Assembly (NCBI GenBank): GCA_963785235.1
Contig: CAWAUM010000011.1
Coordinates: 1 to 64,000 of the forward strand
Reading direction: 5' to 3'
Source: an uncultured delta proteobacterium
GTDB lineage: Bacteria; Desulfobacterota; Desulfomonilia; UBA1062
Length of the DNA stretch: 64,000 nt
A model generated the notes under the pieces. The model had not been told where the DNA came from, did not search any database, and worked only from the letters and a program-made list of their open reading frames with translations. Shown here in pieces: positions 33,182-43,515 of this stretch. The translations under genes were made by a program, and so were the position numbers. The number at the start of each line of letters is the position of its first letter. The stretch's first letter is position 1.

Positions 33182-35090
33182 TCAGGTATTGAATTTCGCG
33201 TATAGTTCTTCCAGTTCATCCCAGCGGAGATAGGCTTCTTCAAGTTCTTTTTCCAGAGCTTCCAGCTTATCGTTCGTAGCATGAATCGTCCTGGCATCCG
33301 TGCCTACCTGAAACGCAGGATCATTGAGGGTTGCTAACAGAAGATTCTTCTCCTCTTCCAGTCTTTCGATCCTCAGTGGCAGACCTTCAAGCTCTCGCAA
33401 TTCTTTAAAGGAAAGTTTTTTCTTCTCCTTTATGGGCCTTTCTTTTTTCTGCTTCTCATCCGCTAATACCACTACTGATGGAGTTGCCTTCATTGGCCGC
33501 TGCATGAGCCAGTCATCGTAGCCGCCCACATATTCCTGCAGATCGGCCCTCACCCTCGAATACGATGGTAGAGGTTACAACATTGTTCAGGAAGGCCCTG
33601 TCATGGCTTACCATCAGTACCGTGCCGCCGAAGTCCACGAGGCGGTCTTCAAGCATCTCTAATGTTTCGGCATCGAGGTCGTTGGTGGGCTCATCCAGGA
33701 CCAGCACGTTGGCTGGGCTGCTGAACAGTCTGGCCAGCAGAAGGCGGTTACGCTCCCCGCCTGAAAGGGTCCTGACTTGCGACATGATCTGTGCAGGAGA
33801 GAAGAGGAAATCCTGGAGGTAGCCCACGATATGCCGGGGCATGCCACCCATGATTATCTGGTCGCTGCCGGGAGCGATATTCTCCTTGAGGGTCTTGTTT
33901 TCATCGAGTTGGGCCCTGAGCTGGTCGAAGTAGGCTATTTTAATTTTTGTGCCCAGGCGGACGCTGCCCTCCAGGGGATTGATCTCACCCAGCAGGAGCT
34001 TCAGCAGCGTTGTCTTTCCGCTCCCGTTAGGCCCCATGATACCCACCTTGTCCCCTCGCATGATCGAGGTGGAAAATGCTTTTATGAGGATGTTTTCGCC
34101 ATAGGAAAAGCTGATATCCTTGGCGTCAGCTACCAGCCGGCCGCTTTTTTGCGCCTCCTGGATCACGAGACGGGCCCTGCCATCCTGCTCCCGCCTGAGG
34201 GCCCGTTCTTGGCGCATGTGCATCAAGGCTCGAACCCGGCCCTCGTTTCTGGTGCGACGGGCCTCAAGGCCCCTCCTGACCCAGACTTCCTCTTTGGCCA
34301 GCTTCTTGTCAAAATCAAGCTTGTGTTTCTGCTCCTCATCGAGCATTGCCTGCCGGCGTTCGAGGTAGGTTCCATAATCACAGGCAAAAGATAACAAGCG
34401 GCCACGGTCGATCTCCACGATGCGTAATGCGAGTTTCTTCAGAAAGGCCCGGTCATGGCTGACAAACATGATGGCCTTATCATACCTGAGGAGAAAATCC
34501 TCAAGCCAGAGGATTGAGCTGATATCCAGATGGTTCGTTGGCTCATCCAGCAGGAGGATGTCCGGGTCGTTCACCAGTGCCCTGGCAAGAAAAACCCTGC
34601 GTTTCAATCCTGCAGACAGATATTTAAACTCGGCGTTCTCATCCAAGTCGGTTTTCGTGATCACGGTCTCAATCTTTTGGTGATAACTCCATGCGTCCGA
34701 AGATTCCAGCAGGTGCTGGACCTTTTCCAGCCTTCTCATGAGGCCCATCTCATTATCTTGATGTGAAAGCCGTAGCGCGAGGTCGTGGTATTCTTTCAGC
34801 AGCTGGGTATGTTCTCTGCCGCCTGAAGCAACGACATCATAGACTGTTCCGGCCAAGTCATCCGGGACATCCTGGGGCAGCATGGCGGTTCTGATATCGC
34901 CGTTTCTGATGATATCGCCATGATCGGGTGCAATATCACCGCTGATCATTTTCATGAGGGTGGACTTACCTGAACCGTTCCGGCCCAGAAGGCCGATCCT
35001 TTCTCCTTGTTCGATCTGAAGTGAGGCACTATCCAGGAGCAACGGTCCGCCAAAGCCTATGGAAACATTATTGATCCGTAAAAGTACCAT
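33182..35090 (-). CDS. uup: ABC-F family ATPase, Uup-like (frameshift ~33.55 kb)
   Basis: Two nucleotide-binding domains (GRNGSGKS/LLDEPTNHLD and GPNGSGKT/LSGGERNRL), ARRTRNEGRVRAL linker, and C-terminal KLSFKE..ELE.LP..IE.LE coiled coil. Confidence 0.9.
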
Positions 35091-35110
35091 ACAATGCTGA
35101 ATTTACTACA

Positions 35111-35224
35111 TCAGCTGATCACCTTTAAAAATTTCACCAGCAACAGAAGAACCAGGATGATGAGATAGAATTGCAGGAGATACAAAACAAACCTGCTCAT
35201 TTTTGTCATCTGCACACGCGGCAT
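35111..35224 (-). CDS. small single-TM protein, 37 aa (absent from the ORF track)
   Basis: GGGAGA RBS followed by MPRVQMTKMSRFVLYLLQFYLIILVLLLLVKFLKVIS*. Confidence 0.7.
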   Translation of the reverse strand: MPRVQMTKMSRFVLYLLQFYLIILVLLLLVKFLKVIS

Positions 35225-35272
35225 AATTATCTCCCTTGAACTATCCCCAGGCCCCTTTTGCCTGTAAACGAA

Positions 35273-36559
35273 TTATTGAGATATAAGATTATCAATGTCA
35301 TTGTGATAGAGAACACCAAGGATTCTATCGTTCCTGTCCACAACAGGGATCATGTGGTAATGATACTTTAAGAACATCTCTACCAGGTCATCCTGGACGT
35401 CGTCTTCTTCTGCCGCAACGACCGGCGAGATCATTACATCGCTCATGGTCAGGTGATCCGGTGTAAGTACGAGTTCTCGCAGATCAACAACACCCAGCAA
35501 CGTCTGGCCATCACCATTGACCACATAGATGTAGGAGATGCTTTTCGGATCCCTGCCGGAACCCCTGATGGCGGTAAGCACATCACCGGCATTGTCCGTT
35601 TTTTGAGCAACAACATAATCGGAAGACATGATATTTCTCGCCTGAATCTCACGTTGGGAAAGAATGTTGCGGACACGTTCGGCCTGATCCTTGCTGAGAT
35701 AGGCCATAAGCTCGGTGACATCGTCGTGCGGCAGGACCGTAAAGAGGCCTGCCAGCTGCGGCGTCGACATCTCCGAGAGGATCTTGCGGGCCTTTTCCTC
35801 TCTCAGGTTGGCGATGATCTGGCGCTGGGCCCTGGGCTCCGCCTCCATCAGGGTTTCAGCCGCCTTTTCATTGTCAAGGGCTGAGAAGAGCACCTGCTGC
35901 TCATCACCCGGCAGCTCTTCCAGGAAATCCGCCAGATCTTCGCTGGGGAGCTCCAGCATCTGTTTTTTTGTCACGGATAATGTCACTTTATCCGTGGAGA
36001 CTGCATCCTCAACAGAAAGCGGCTGGACATATTTCCATGAGATGAGGTTGCTTTTAACCAGTTTAAAGTTGCCCAGCCCCCACCTTCGGAAGAAGCCGCC
36101 AAACGAGACATCAACATGGACAAGCAGGAGCAGACCTCTCGTATCGAGAAAATGCACATCATTGACGACCTCTACCTGCCTACCGTCGATATCGAGGACT
36201 GTCTTACCCATGAGATGCTTGTCCATGAGTATCCAACCCGGCTGATCGACAAAAGGCGGATACACGTCGCCGCTTTCCGGCGGCCGGACAAAAATGGCAT
36301 CATCTTCGATTTTTATCACATTAGACCAGGGGATGAACTCGGTGGGTTTTCCCCAGCCGTGTTCTATATAGATACCTACTGCTTCGGGGTAAGGCTCTTT
36401 GTGAAGGAAGACAAGATCGCTCAGCTTTCCTATGCGGTTCTTGATCTGTTCTCTGCATACCGGCAGTTTGAGCAGCTCTGAAAAGAAGAGGAATCGGAAC
36501 TGTTCAAATCCCGGGTGCTGGTCAATCGCTTTCAACTTGGAATTCTTGTCGGCTATCAT
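35273..36559 (-). CDS. soluble MgtE N-terminal + CBS-pair protein without a TM domain
   Basis: DLADFLEEL..AAETL.E (MgtE_N-like), YIYVV..LLGVVDLREL and IPVVD CBS motifs; PRC-barrel-like N-terminus. Confidence 0.85.
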   Translation of the reverse strand: MIADKNSKLKAIDQHPGFEQFRFLFFSELLKLPVCREQIKNRIGKLSDLVFLHKEPYPEAVGIYIEHGWGKPTEFIPWSNVIKIEDDAIFVRPPESGDVYPPFVDQPGWILMDKHLMGKTVLDIDGRQVEVVNDVHFLDTRGLLLLVHVDVSFGGFFRRWGLGNFKLVKSNLISWKYVQPLSVEDAVSTDKVTLSVTKKQMLELPSEDLADFLEELPGDEQQVLFSALDNEKAAETLMEAEPRAQRQIIANLREEKARKILSEMSTPQLAGLFTVLPHDDVTELMAYLSKDQAERVRNILSQREIQARNIMSSDYVVAQKTDNAGDVLTAIRGSGRDPKSISYIYVVNGDGQTLLGVVDLRELVLTPDHLTMSDVMISPVVAAEEDDVQDDLVEMFLKYHYHMIPVVDRNDRILGVLYHNDIDNLISQ

Positions 36560-36578
36560 AGTGTTACCCCCCTGGTAC

Positions 36579-37886
36579 TCATATGAATAATCCCGGGAAA
36601 AGGGTGCTTATACCCATCAGCGAGGACATGAGGATGACAAAGATTGCGATTCCCCAGTTCATGACGTTCTGCCAAGGCGTATTCACGTGTTCACCCATAA
36701 AGGCCCTGTCATTGAGAAGAAGCAGGAGAAAGATCAGCGACACCGGCAGCAGGGTGACGGCTACCACCTGGACGAACATGGTTATGGTGACGAGCGGGGC
36801 ATTGGGGATGAGGACAACGGCTCCCGCCGTAACCAGCATGAGCAGGTAAACCAGGTAAAACCACGGGGCATCCTTCACCTTCTGGTTCAGCGAATGGGCC
36901 CAGCCGAAGACCTCACCCGTGGCCCAGGATGTGGCAAGGGAGATACAAAGCGCCCCAAGGAACCCGGCATCAAAGAGGCCTATGGCGAACAGCTTGCGTG
37001 CGAGGTCTCCATAACCGGCAGGCATGAGGGGCACAATTGCCTCGGCCGTCTGCCTGGCGTCCTGGATTACAATGGGTGGGTTGTGATAGAAGAAGGCGGC
37101 CCCAGTGGCGATGATGATGAAGGCGGCCACGAGGCACGTGAGGAAAGCCCCTGCAAGGGTCTCCAGTTTGCCGAAGCCGACATCATGGATATCTAGCCCC
37201 TTGTCCACCACTGCGCTCTGCTGGAAAAAGATCTGCCACGGTGTAATGGTAGTACCGAGGTTTGCAAGGATGATGAAGATGAGTTCGATGTTAAACCCAC
37301 CCATATCCGGATGGTAGAACCCCTGAAAAACTGCATTCCAGGCAGGGGCTGTTGGCGTATCCATGGCCCAGATGGCTGCCGGGATGTAGACGAAGTTGAA
37401 GCAGCAGAATAAAAGGGTGATCTTTTCAAAGGTCCAGTACTTCCCTGTGCGTACAACGGTAAAGAGAATGGCCGTAACAACGATAAACGTTATCCATGGA
37501 GGTACACCAAAAAGACTCATGGCTGCCAGCATGCCCACGTATTCCGTTACCAGGGTGAGCCAGTTGATGAATATCATATCCACTAACGAGAACCAACCCC
37601 AGAAAGGCCCGAAGCCTTCAAAAATAGCCTCGGCATGTCCGCGTTTCGACACCGCGCCCAGGCGGACGGTCATTTCCTGGACATAGTATGCCATGGGGAA
37701 GAGTATGAGAAAGATCCACAGCAAAGAAAACCCATATTTAGAGCCGGTAACGGCATAGGTAGAGATACCCCCGGCATCGTTATCGGCAATCATGACAATT
37801 ATCCCCGGGCCGAGGACAGACAGGAATATAATGAGTCTTTTGCGGAAGCGGTCTACGCGGTGAAAGGTTTTATTAAGCCAGTACAT
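36579..37886 (-). CDS. NRAMP-family divalent cation transporter, NRMT (Mg2+) type
   Basis: GPG..DNDAGGISTY (DAGG rather than DPGN), QEMTVRLG and GTTITPWQIFFQQS. Confidence 0.88.
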   Translation of the reverse strand: MYWLNKTFHRVDRFRKRLIIFLSVLGPGIIVMIADNDAGGISTYAVTGSKYGFSLLWIFLILFPMAYYVQEMTVRLGAVSKRGHAEAIFEGFGPFWGWFSLVDMIFINWLTLVTEYVGMLAAMSLFGVPPWITFIVVTAILFTVVRTGKYWTFEKITLLFCCFNFVYIPAAIWAMDTPTAPAWNAVFQGFYHPDMGGFNIELIFIILANLGTTITPWQIFFQQSAVVDKGLDIHDVGFGKLETLAGAFLTCLVAAFIIIATGAAFFYHNPPIVIQDARQTAEAIVPLMPAGYGDLARKLFAIGLFDAGFLGALCISLATSWATGEVFGWAHSLNQKVKDAPWFYLVYLLMLVTAGAVVLIPNAPLVTITMFVQVVAVTLLPVSLIFLLLLLNDRAFMGEHVNTPWQNVMNWGIAIFVILMSSLMGISTLFPGLFI

Positions 37887-38170
37887 AGCAAAAACCTTTA
37901 ATAATTATAAATGTATGCGAGTATAGAGAGGTTTTTAAGACCTCTTTCGATACCCGTAAATGTGAGAGTCGGCATAGTCTGCGCATACATCCGCACCCCA
38001 ATCGTATCTCTGAACACGATCGACCGGATATTGTATGGATTGTGTATGCTACGGATCCGGCACGATCATCTCTCCCTTGCCCTAGGACAGACGATCCATG
38101 CCGGGGCAAGGGCTAAATTCTATGACTAGTACTGCCTTCGTCATTTTCCATGATTGCCTCTCCCTAGCAC
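37887..38170 (-). promoter_or_regulatory. structured leader containing three uORFs
   Basis: uORFs at 38151-38113, 38069-38049 and 37990-37898, each with an SD-like sequence, plus GC hairpins. Confidence 0.55.
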
Positions 38171-38384
38171 AGTGAAAAGGGACAGTCAAAGGTGAAAATT
38201 CACAAAACATCCGGCAATAAGTTCAATCCTCTATGAGAATATTCCGGTTGTATGCAAATAATCATGGATAGGGGGTATTCCAGCTTGGGATAATGTGAAG
38301 AAGCACTTTGACTTAACACTGACATGTGAAATATGGTCACAGCCAATGAAGACATCCTCCGATAGAAGAGGAATAGATTGTGGA

Positions 38385-39053
38385 ATGAGTAGAAAAACGA
38401 TATATCAGGAGATCATCCTCTTGTCCATTCTCGCGCTTTGCCTCTTTGCCTTTTTCCACTATCATCTCTACACGTTTTTTTTAGACAGGGAAAAAGCGAT
38501 CACCTTTATCAAGTCATTTGGCCCCTGGTCTGTTCTTGTTTTCATCTTTTTCCAGATCCTCCAGGTGATCCTGGCCCCCATCCCGGGTGAGGCAACAGGC
38601 GTTATCGGCGGTTATCTGTACGGACCGATCCTTGGAACCCTCTATTCTACCATTGGATTGGCGCTCGGGTCATGGCTGGCCTTCTGTCTGGCCCACATCT
38701 TTGGAGAGCCTCTTGTGGAAAAGATCGTCAAACCGGAGACACTCCGGAAATACGACAGCTTTCTGGAGCATAAAGGCAGGTTTGTCATCTTCATCCTTTT
38801 TCTCATCCCTGGTTTTCCTAAAGATGCACTCAGCTACATGTTGGGGTTGAGTCATATGAGGGCGCTGCCCTTCATTGTCATCTCCTCAGCAGGTCGTTTT
38901 TTAGGGACCGGATCGCTGTCCCTCATGGGGAGTTTTGCACGCAACAGGCAATACGAAGGGCTCGCGATCGTCCTTGTCGCCTGCTGTGTCATAGTGCTTG
39001 TTGCCTACCTGTATCGTGACAGACTTTTAAGCAAACTCAAGAGAGATCATTAA
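38385..39053 (+). CDS. TVP38/TMEM64 (DedA/VTT domain) membrane protein
   Basis: LQVILAPIPGE, GYLYG and FLIPGFPKD.LSY motifs. Confidence 0.88.
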   Translation: MSRKTIYQEIILLSILALCLFAFFHYHLYTFFLDREKAITFIKSFGPWSVLVFIFFQILQVILAPIPGEATGVIGGYLYGPILGTLYSTIGLALGSWLAFCLAHIFGEPLVEKIVKPETLRKYDSFLEHKGRFVIFILFLIPGFPKDALSYMLGLSHMRALPFIVISSAGRFLGTGSLSLMGSFARNRQYEGLAIVLVACCVIVLVAYLYRDRLLSKLKRDH

Positions 39054-39200
39054 CCCTCCATATGTACCCGGGGTTCTCCCGTAGTCAGCTATATGGCATG
39101 GTTTTAGGCGTTGTTCCCCTATGCATGGTGATATTCTGCAATCAGGGATTTGAGATTATATTGGATTAAGACAGGAAGGGTAAAGCGACTTTATGGTGAA

Positions 39201-40373
39201 CTAATCCTTGGATGGAGCAATTGCTTGAATATGATGTGAAATCTGATCAGTGATATAGTCCCAGGAGTAATGCGTCTGTGCATATTCCCTTGCTTTTTCC
39301 CCCATCTCAGCACAGAGGGTCTGATTTTTCAAGAGCCTGATTATGGCCTTACTCAAACCTGAGATATCCCCAGGAGGAACCAGGAGGCCGAATCCGGCAT
39401 CCTCGATCTCCTCGAGTCCGGGGACTGCACTTGCAACGATTGGTTTGCCGCACGCTGCATAGTCCCTTATTTTTAGAGGAGAAAGTGACTTATCATCCGA
39501 CCATGACCCTCGTGGCCTGAAGGGGGCTGCGCACACTCTGCACTGATTGATGAAAAGGGGTGCATCCTGATAAGAAAGAGACCCCACCATTTCAACTTGA
39601 TTTTCTATGCCCAATTTATTGATCTGTTCTCTGAGGGCTGGTTCTTCAGGGCCGGATCCTGCTATTGCCAGCTTAGCTTCAGGTTTTATTGTCAGGACTA
39701 TGGCAAAGGCCTCTATGAGCCACTCCAGTCCCTGCCATTTTGCAAAATTACCTATGAACCCCACATCATAACTGGGAACTACATCGAGAGGAGAGAAATG
39801 ACGGATGTTGGTGCCATTTCCGATGACCGCGATCTTATCTGCTTTTACCCCAAGCGATATCAGGTAGGATTTTATTCCCTTGGATACGGTTATCACAAGA
39901 TCCGATGCATGGGCAGACCATCGCTGCAGCTCTTTCCCCATGAAGGCTATCGGTTTAGGCTTACCTGAGGAGATAGCTTCCGGGCCAATCCATCCATTAT
40001 GCTCGGTGATGATCTTAATATGCCGTCCCATAAGGACCCTTGCTGCAATAACATATAAACCGCTGACAATGCCGAGGCGTGAATAGATAATATCAGGGCT
40101 GAATTTTTTGAGGTGATGCAGGAAGTATGGGGCAGTGAGGCCTCCCTTTATGAACATGGCGTATGTCTTCGGTGCATTCACAAAGGGTTCAAGGAAACCG
40201 ATAGCCGGATTGAGAAGAGACCTGATGGCAGGCAGTCCGTTGAGGGATAGGTGGTAAATGGTCACATGGTATCCCATGCGAAAAAGGCTGTTTGCCACTT
40301 CAGAAAAATGAATAAGCTCGGCATCGGGCTTTTCCATTGCAAAACAGGCTACCATAAGAATTTTGGTGTTCAT
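39201..40373 (-). CDS. glycosyltransferase family 4
   Basis: VIGNGT, FIGNF..WQG and SPLKI.DYAACGKPIV. Confidence 0.88.
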   Translation of the reverse strand: MNTKILMVACFAMEKPDAELIHFSEVANSLFRMGYHVTIYHLSLNGLPAIRSLLNPAIGFLEPFVNAPKTYAMFIKGGLTAPYFLHHLKKFSPDIIYSRLGIVSGLYVIAARVLMGRHIKIITEHNGWIGPEAISSGKPKPIAFMGKELQRWSAHASDLVITVSKGIKSYLISLGVKADKIAVIGNGTNIRHFSPLDVVPSYDVGFIGNFAKWQGLEWLIEAFAIVLTIKPEAKLAIAGSGPEEPALREQINKLGIENQVEMVGSLSYQDAPLFINQCRVCAAPFRPRGSWSDDKSLSPLKIRDYAACGKPIVASAVPGLEEIEDAGFGLLVPPGDISGLSKAIIRLLKNQTLCAEMGEKAREYAQTHYSWDYITDQISHHIQAIAPSKD

Positions 40374-42289
40374 GCAGCTTCCCTGAAATCAATATTGAAT
40401 AATCTGGCCCATATGCCTGCATTGATGATCCTCCAGATGGACCAGTCAAATTGCCTCGTACCTTTTGTCATAGACAAGAATAAGTCTTCCAGCTTGGTCT
40501 TGCTTATCCATAATCCAAGGTGCGCAGTTGCTTCTTTGAGCATTGCATGGAACTGTTTATTGTGTGAAACTCTCATCCACTGTTCTTCCGGGGTTACAAA
40601 TCCAAGCTTATCCTGCCGTTGCCGTATCTTCTCAGGGACAATGTTCTGAATCGCCAGCCGAAGGATCTTCTTTGTCTCACCGTCTTTGATTTTGTATTCA
40701 TCCGGGAGTGAGTATGCGAATTCTATCAGCCTATAATCAAGAAATGGAACCCTGGCTTCAATTGAGTGGGCCATGGAATTCCTGTCTTCATAATGAAGCA
40801 GCGCCGGAAGGTTTGTCTGGAGGAGTTGCTTGCGCGAAAGTGACTGGATTGATGAACTGGGCTCAGGGACAGCCGCTGCTGGATTTATGGCATGATGTTT
40901 AAAGATATCTTGATGCATCCATCCAGGTATGTCAGGCCTGCCCATAATTGACCTGCCGATTGGACGAAATCGGCTGGGTGAAAATATATATCCAAGGTTG
41001 ATGAGTGCCTCTTTGAGATGGTAGCCATGTCTTGCATGAATACCCCTGAACTCCCTTTTCAGGCCTGTGAGATATCCGTTGCGAGTCAGGCCGGCCATCA
41101 ATGCCCAGAAATAGCTGTGATATCCGCCAAGCAATTCATCAGCCCCCTGGCCATCGAGCATGACCTTCACCCCATTGCTTCGCGCCAGCTGGAACACTTT
41201 CCATTGGGCAAAGACGCTCATTGATCCGAAGGGTTCATCCTGGTGCCAGGTGATGGTGTTAATGAGGGAGAGAAGCTCATCCGCATCCGGGAAGATGTAA
41301 TGCGAATCCACATGGGTATGTGCGACAACGTCTTGTATGTAGACCCTTTCATCATAACGCTGATCCTCAAAACAGGAGGAAAAGGTCTTTTGTATTTCAG
41401 AGGATTTTTCCTGGCCAAGTATCCTGTTTACCAGGCAGACAATGGAAGACGAATCCAACCCTCCCGACAGGCATGAACCGACAGGCACGTCGGATCTGAG
41501 CCTTAGTCTCACTGAGTCCTCAAGGAGGTTCAGGAACGTGAATGTTGCCTCTTCCAAAGTGATAGACGGGTTTACAGGATGTTCCGGCAGCGTCCACCAG
41601 TTTTTAATGCGAGGATGAGAGAATGCCGTGTCATCCGGGTCAAGACTCACTTCCATATACTGTCCGCCTTGGAGTTGATACACCTGGTGGAACATGGTTT
41701 CATTCGTATGATCCATCATGCCATGGGCAAGATAGTCGTAGAACCTCTGGGAGTTAATCCGGGCTTTAAAAAGCGGAAGTGCGGTAAATTGTTTTATCTC
41801 TGAGGCAAGACAGATAAGTTTCCCCGGGATGCAATAATAATACAGTGGCTTCACGCCGAGCCTGTCTCGTGCTGCAAAGAGTTTCCTATGCATTGTATCA
41901 ACAATGGCAAAGGCAAACATGCCGTTGAATTTTTTCAGACATTCAACGCCCCATGCATGGTATGCATTAAGGACCACCTCGGTATCACACCTGGTCCTGA
42001 AGGTATATCCGTGTCTTTCAAGTTCAGCCCTTATTTCGATATGATTATATACTTCTCCATTGTATACGATCCACAACCCGCTCTTTTCCATTACCATCGG
42101 CTGATTGGCATCATCAGAGATGTCGATGATGGACAGTCTGGTATGGCCCAGTTGGACGGTTCCTCCCAAGAGGCTCATAGTACCAAGGTTGTCAGGTCCT
42201 CGATGACGAACAAGCTCTGTCATCTTTTCAATGACTCCCCGATAAGAAGGGTCCGGATTACGAGTAATGATCGTCGATATGCCGCACAT
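40370..42289 (-). CDS. asnB: asparagine synthetase B-like glutamine amidotransferase (glycan-associated)
   Basis: MCGI N-terminus, RLSIID, NGEVYN, LSGGLDSS, DGQGADE and DRNSMAHSIEARVPFLD. Confidence 0.9.
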   Translation of the reverse strand: MCGISTIITRNPDPSYRGVIEKMTELVRHRGPDNLGTMSLLGGTVQLGHTRLSIIDISDDANQPMVMEKSGLWIVYNGEVYNHIEIRAELERHGYTFRTRCDTEVVLNAYHAWGVECLKKFNGMFAFAIVDTMHRKLFAARDRLGVKPLYYYCIPGKLICLASEIKQFTALPLFKARINSQRFYDYLAHGMMDHTNETMFHQVYQLQGGQYMEVSLDPDDTAFSHPRIKNWWTLPEHPVNPSITLEEATFTFLNLLEDSVRLRLRSDVPVGSCLSGGLDSSSIVCLVNRILGQEKSSEIQKTFSSCFEDQRYDERVYIQDVVAHTHVDSHYIFPDADELLSLINTITWHQDEPFGSMSVFAQWKVFQLARSNGVKVMLDGQGADELLGGYHSYFWALMAGLTRNGYLTGLKREFRGIHARHGYHLKEALINLGYIFSPSRFRPIGRSIMGRPDIPGWMHQDIFKHHAINPAAAVPEPSSSIQSLSRKQLLQTNLPALLHYEDRNSMAHSIEARVPFLDYRLIEFAYSLPDEYKIKDGETKKILRLAIQNIVPEKIRQRQDKLGFVTPEEQWMRVSHNKQFHAMLKEATAHLGLWISKTKLEDLFLSMTKGTRQFDWSIWRIINAGIWARLFNIDFREAA

Positions 42290-42351
42290 TCGTTTTTATG
42301 GTCTCACTTTGGGGCGCAAGATGCACCATCTGAAGGGAGAAGTTGATGAGG

Positions 42352-43515
42352 TTAAAAGAGCTGGTCATACACCTTGGAGATATTGTCCAGATAAGCTTCC
42401 TTGCCAAAACGTTCTTTGACAGTCTGCCGGATGATCTTGGGATCATATTTTACATGTCCCAGAATGAACCTTTCCATGGCATCTGCCAGCGCGACAGGAT
42501 CTGCAGCATCCACCAGTAAACCAGTCTCCGGAGTGACTACATATTCGGGTCCTCCACATCTTGTGGCAATAACCGGTTTGCCGCAGCTCATGGCTTCACC
42601 CAGCACGATGCCAAAGGTTTCCTGCAGGCTTGGTAATACAAAGACATCACATTGCTGCATCTGGTTCCGTACTTCAGAAGGGGCGAGACTCCCAGGGAAA
42701 CGGCATTTTTCAGAAAGCCCCATGTGCTGAGCCATTTTCATTAGCCTGCCTCTCTCAGGCCCACCGCCTCCAATGATCAATTCAAAAGATGTTTGTCCAC
42801 GCTGCAGGAGTATGTGGGCAGCCTCCAGAAGGTAATTCAACCCTTTTGGTTTTTTTATGATTGCAACCGTTAAAAAGCGGCAGGATGAACGTGATGTATC
42901 CCTTGATTGCCCTTGGCCCGGAGTAAAAAAATCCGTGTTGATGATATTGCCAAGGAGCTGTAAATCAATAGTGGGGATGAAGTCCCTTATCTGCTGTGCC
43001 AGGGCCGGGCTGACCGTTATTACTCGATCAGCACGGGTTAGGGTGTCCTTCACGAGTTGACGATTGCTCGATGTTTTCAGGTGCATGGAAAAAGGACCTG
43101 AATGCTCGGTCAGAACCACAGGGATGTCATACCTTTCTTTCAGGACTGTGGCAGCCCATCCGGCAGGTAGAACTACATGCGCATGTATAATATCCGGCCT
43201 GCCCCATTGGGACAGGAGCTTTTCAAAACCTTGTAGAGCGGCTCGTGCATACATGGAGTATGAAAACCACGGGATCTTCGGTATACAGGCCGCTCTCCCG
43301 TCATTAACAACATGGATACCTCCCTGTTCTTCCCGTTGAGACTTAAATGTTATTGTTCCTCTGAGGATCTGACGCCACCCGATAAAACAAGGGACAAGTA
43401 CAGCCACAAGATACTTTTGTGACAGGGCCAATACCTGCTCTCGAATAAAAACACCGTTGATCGGATGAATATCACTGGGATACCAGGAAGGCAGGACAAG
43501 TATTTTTTTCTTCAT
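42352..43515 (-). CDS. glycosyltransferase family 4
   Basis: PSWYP, PVVLTEH and ETFGIVLGEAMSCGKPV. Confidence 0.9.
   Translation of the reverse strand: MKKKILVLPSWYPSDIHPINGVFIREQVLALSQKYLVAVLVPCFIGWRQILRGTITFKSQREEQGGIHVVNDGRAACIPKIPWFSYSMYARAALQGFEKLLSQWGRPDIIHAHVVLPAGWAATVLKERYDIPVVLTEHSGPFSMHLKTSSNRQLVKDTLTRADRVITVSPALAQQIRDFIPTIDLQLLGNIINTDFFTPGQGQSRDTSRSSCRFLTVAIIKKPKGLNYLLEAAHILLQRGQTSFELIIGGGGPERGRLMKMAQHMGLSEKCRFPGSLAPSEVRNQMQQCDVFVLPSLQETFGIVLGEAMSCGKPVIATRCGGPEYVVTPETGLLVDAADPVALADAMERFILGHVKYDPKIIRQTVKERFGKEAYLDNISKVYDQLF

Noticed and set aside
37900-38170. M-box (ykoK), yybP-ykoY or NiCo riboswitch
   Set aside because: I could not find their conserved core sequences by eye; a cmscan is needed to exclude them fully.
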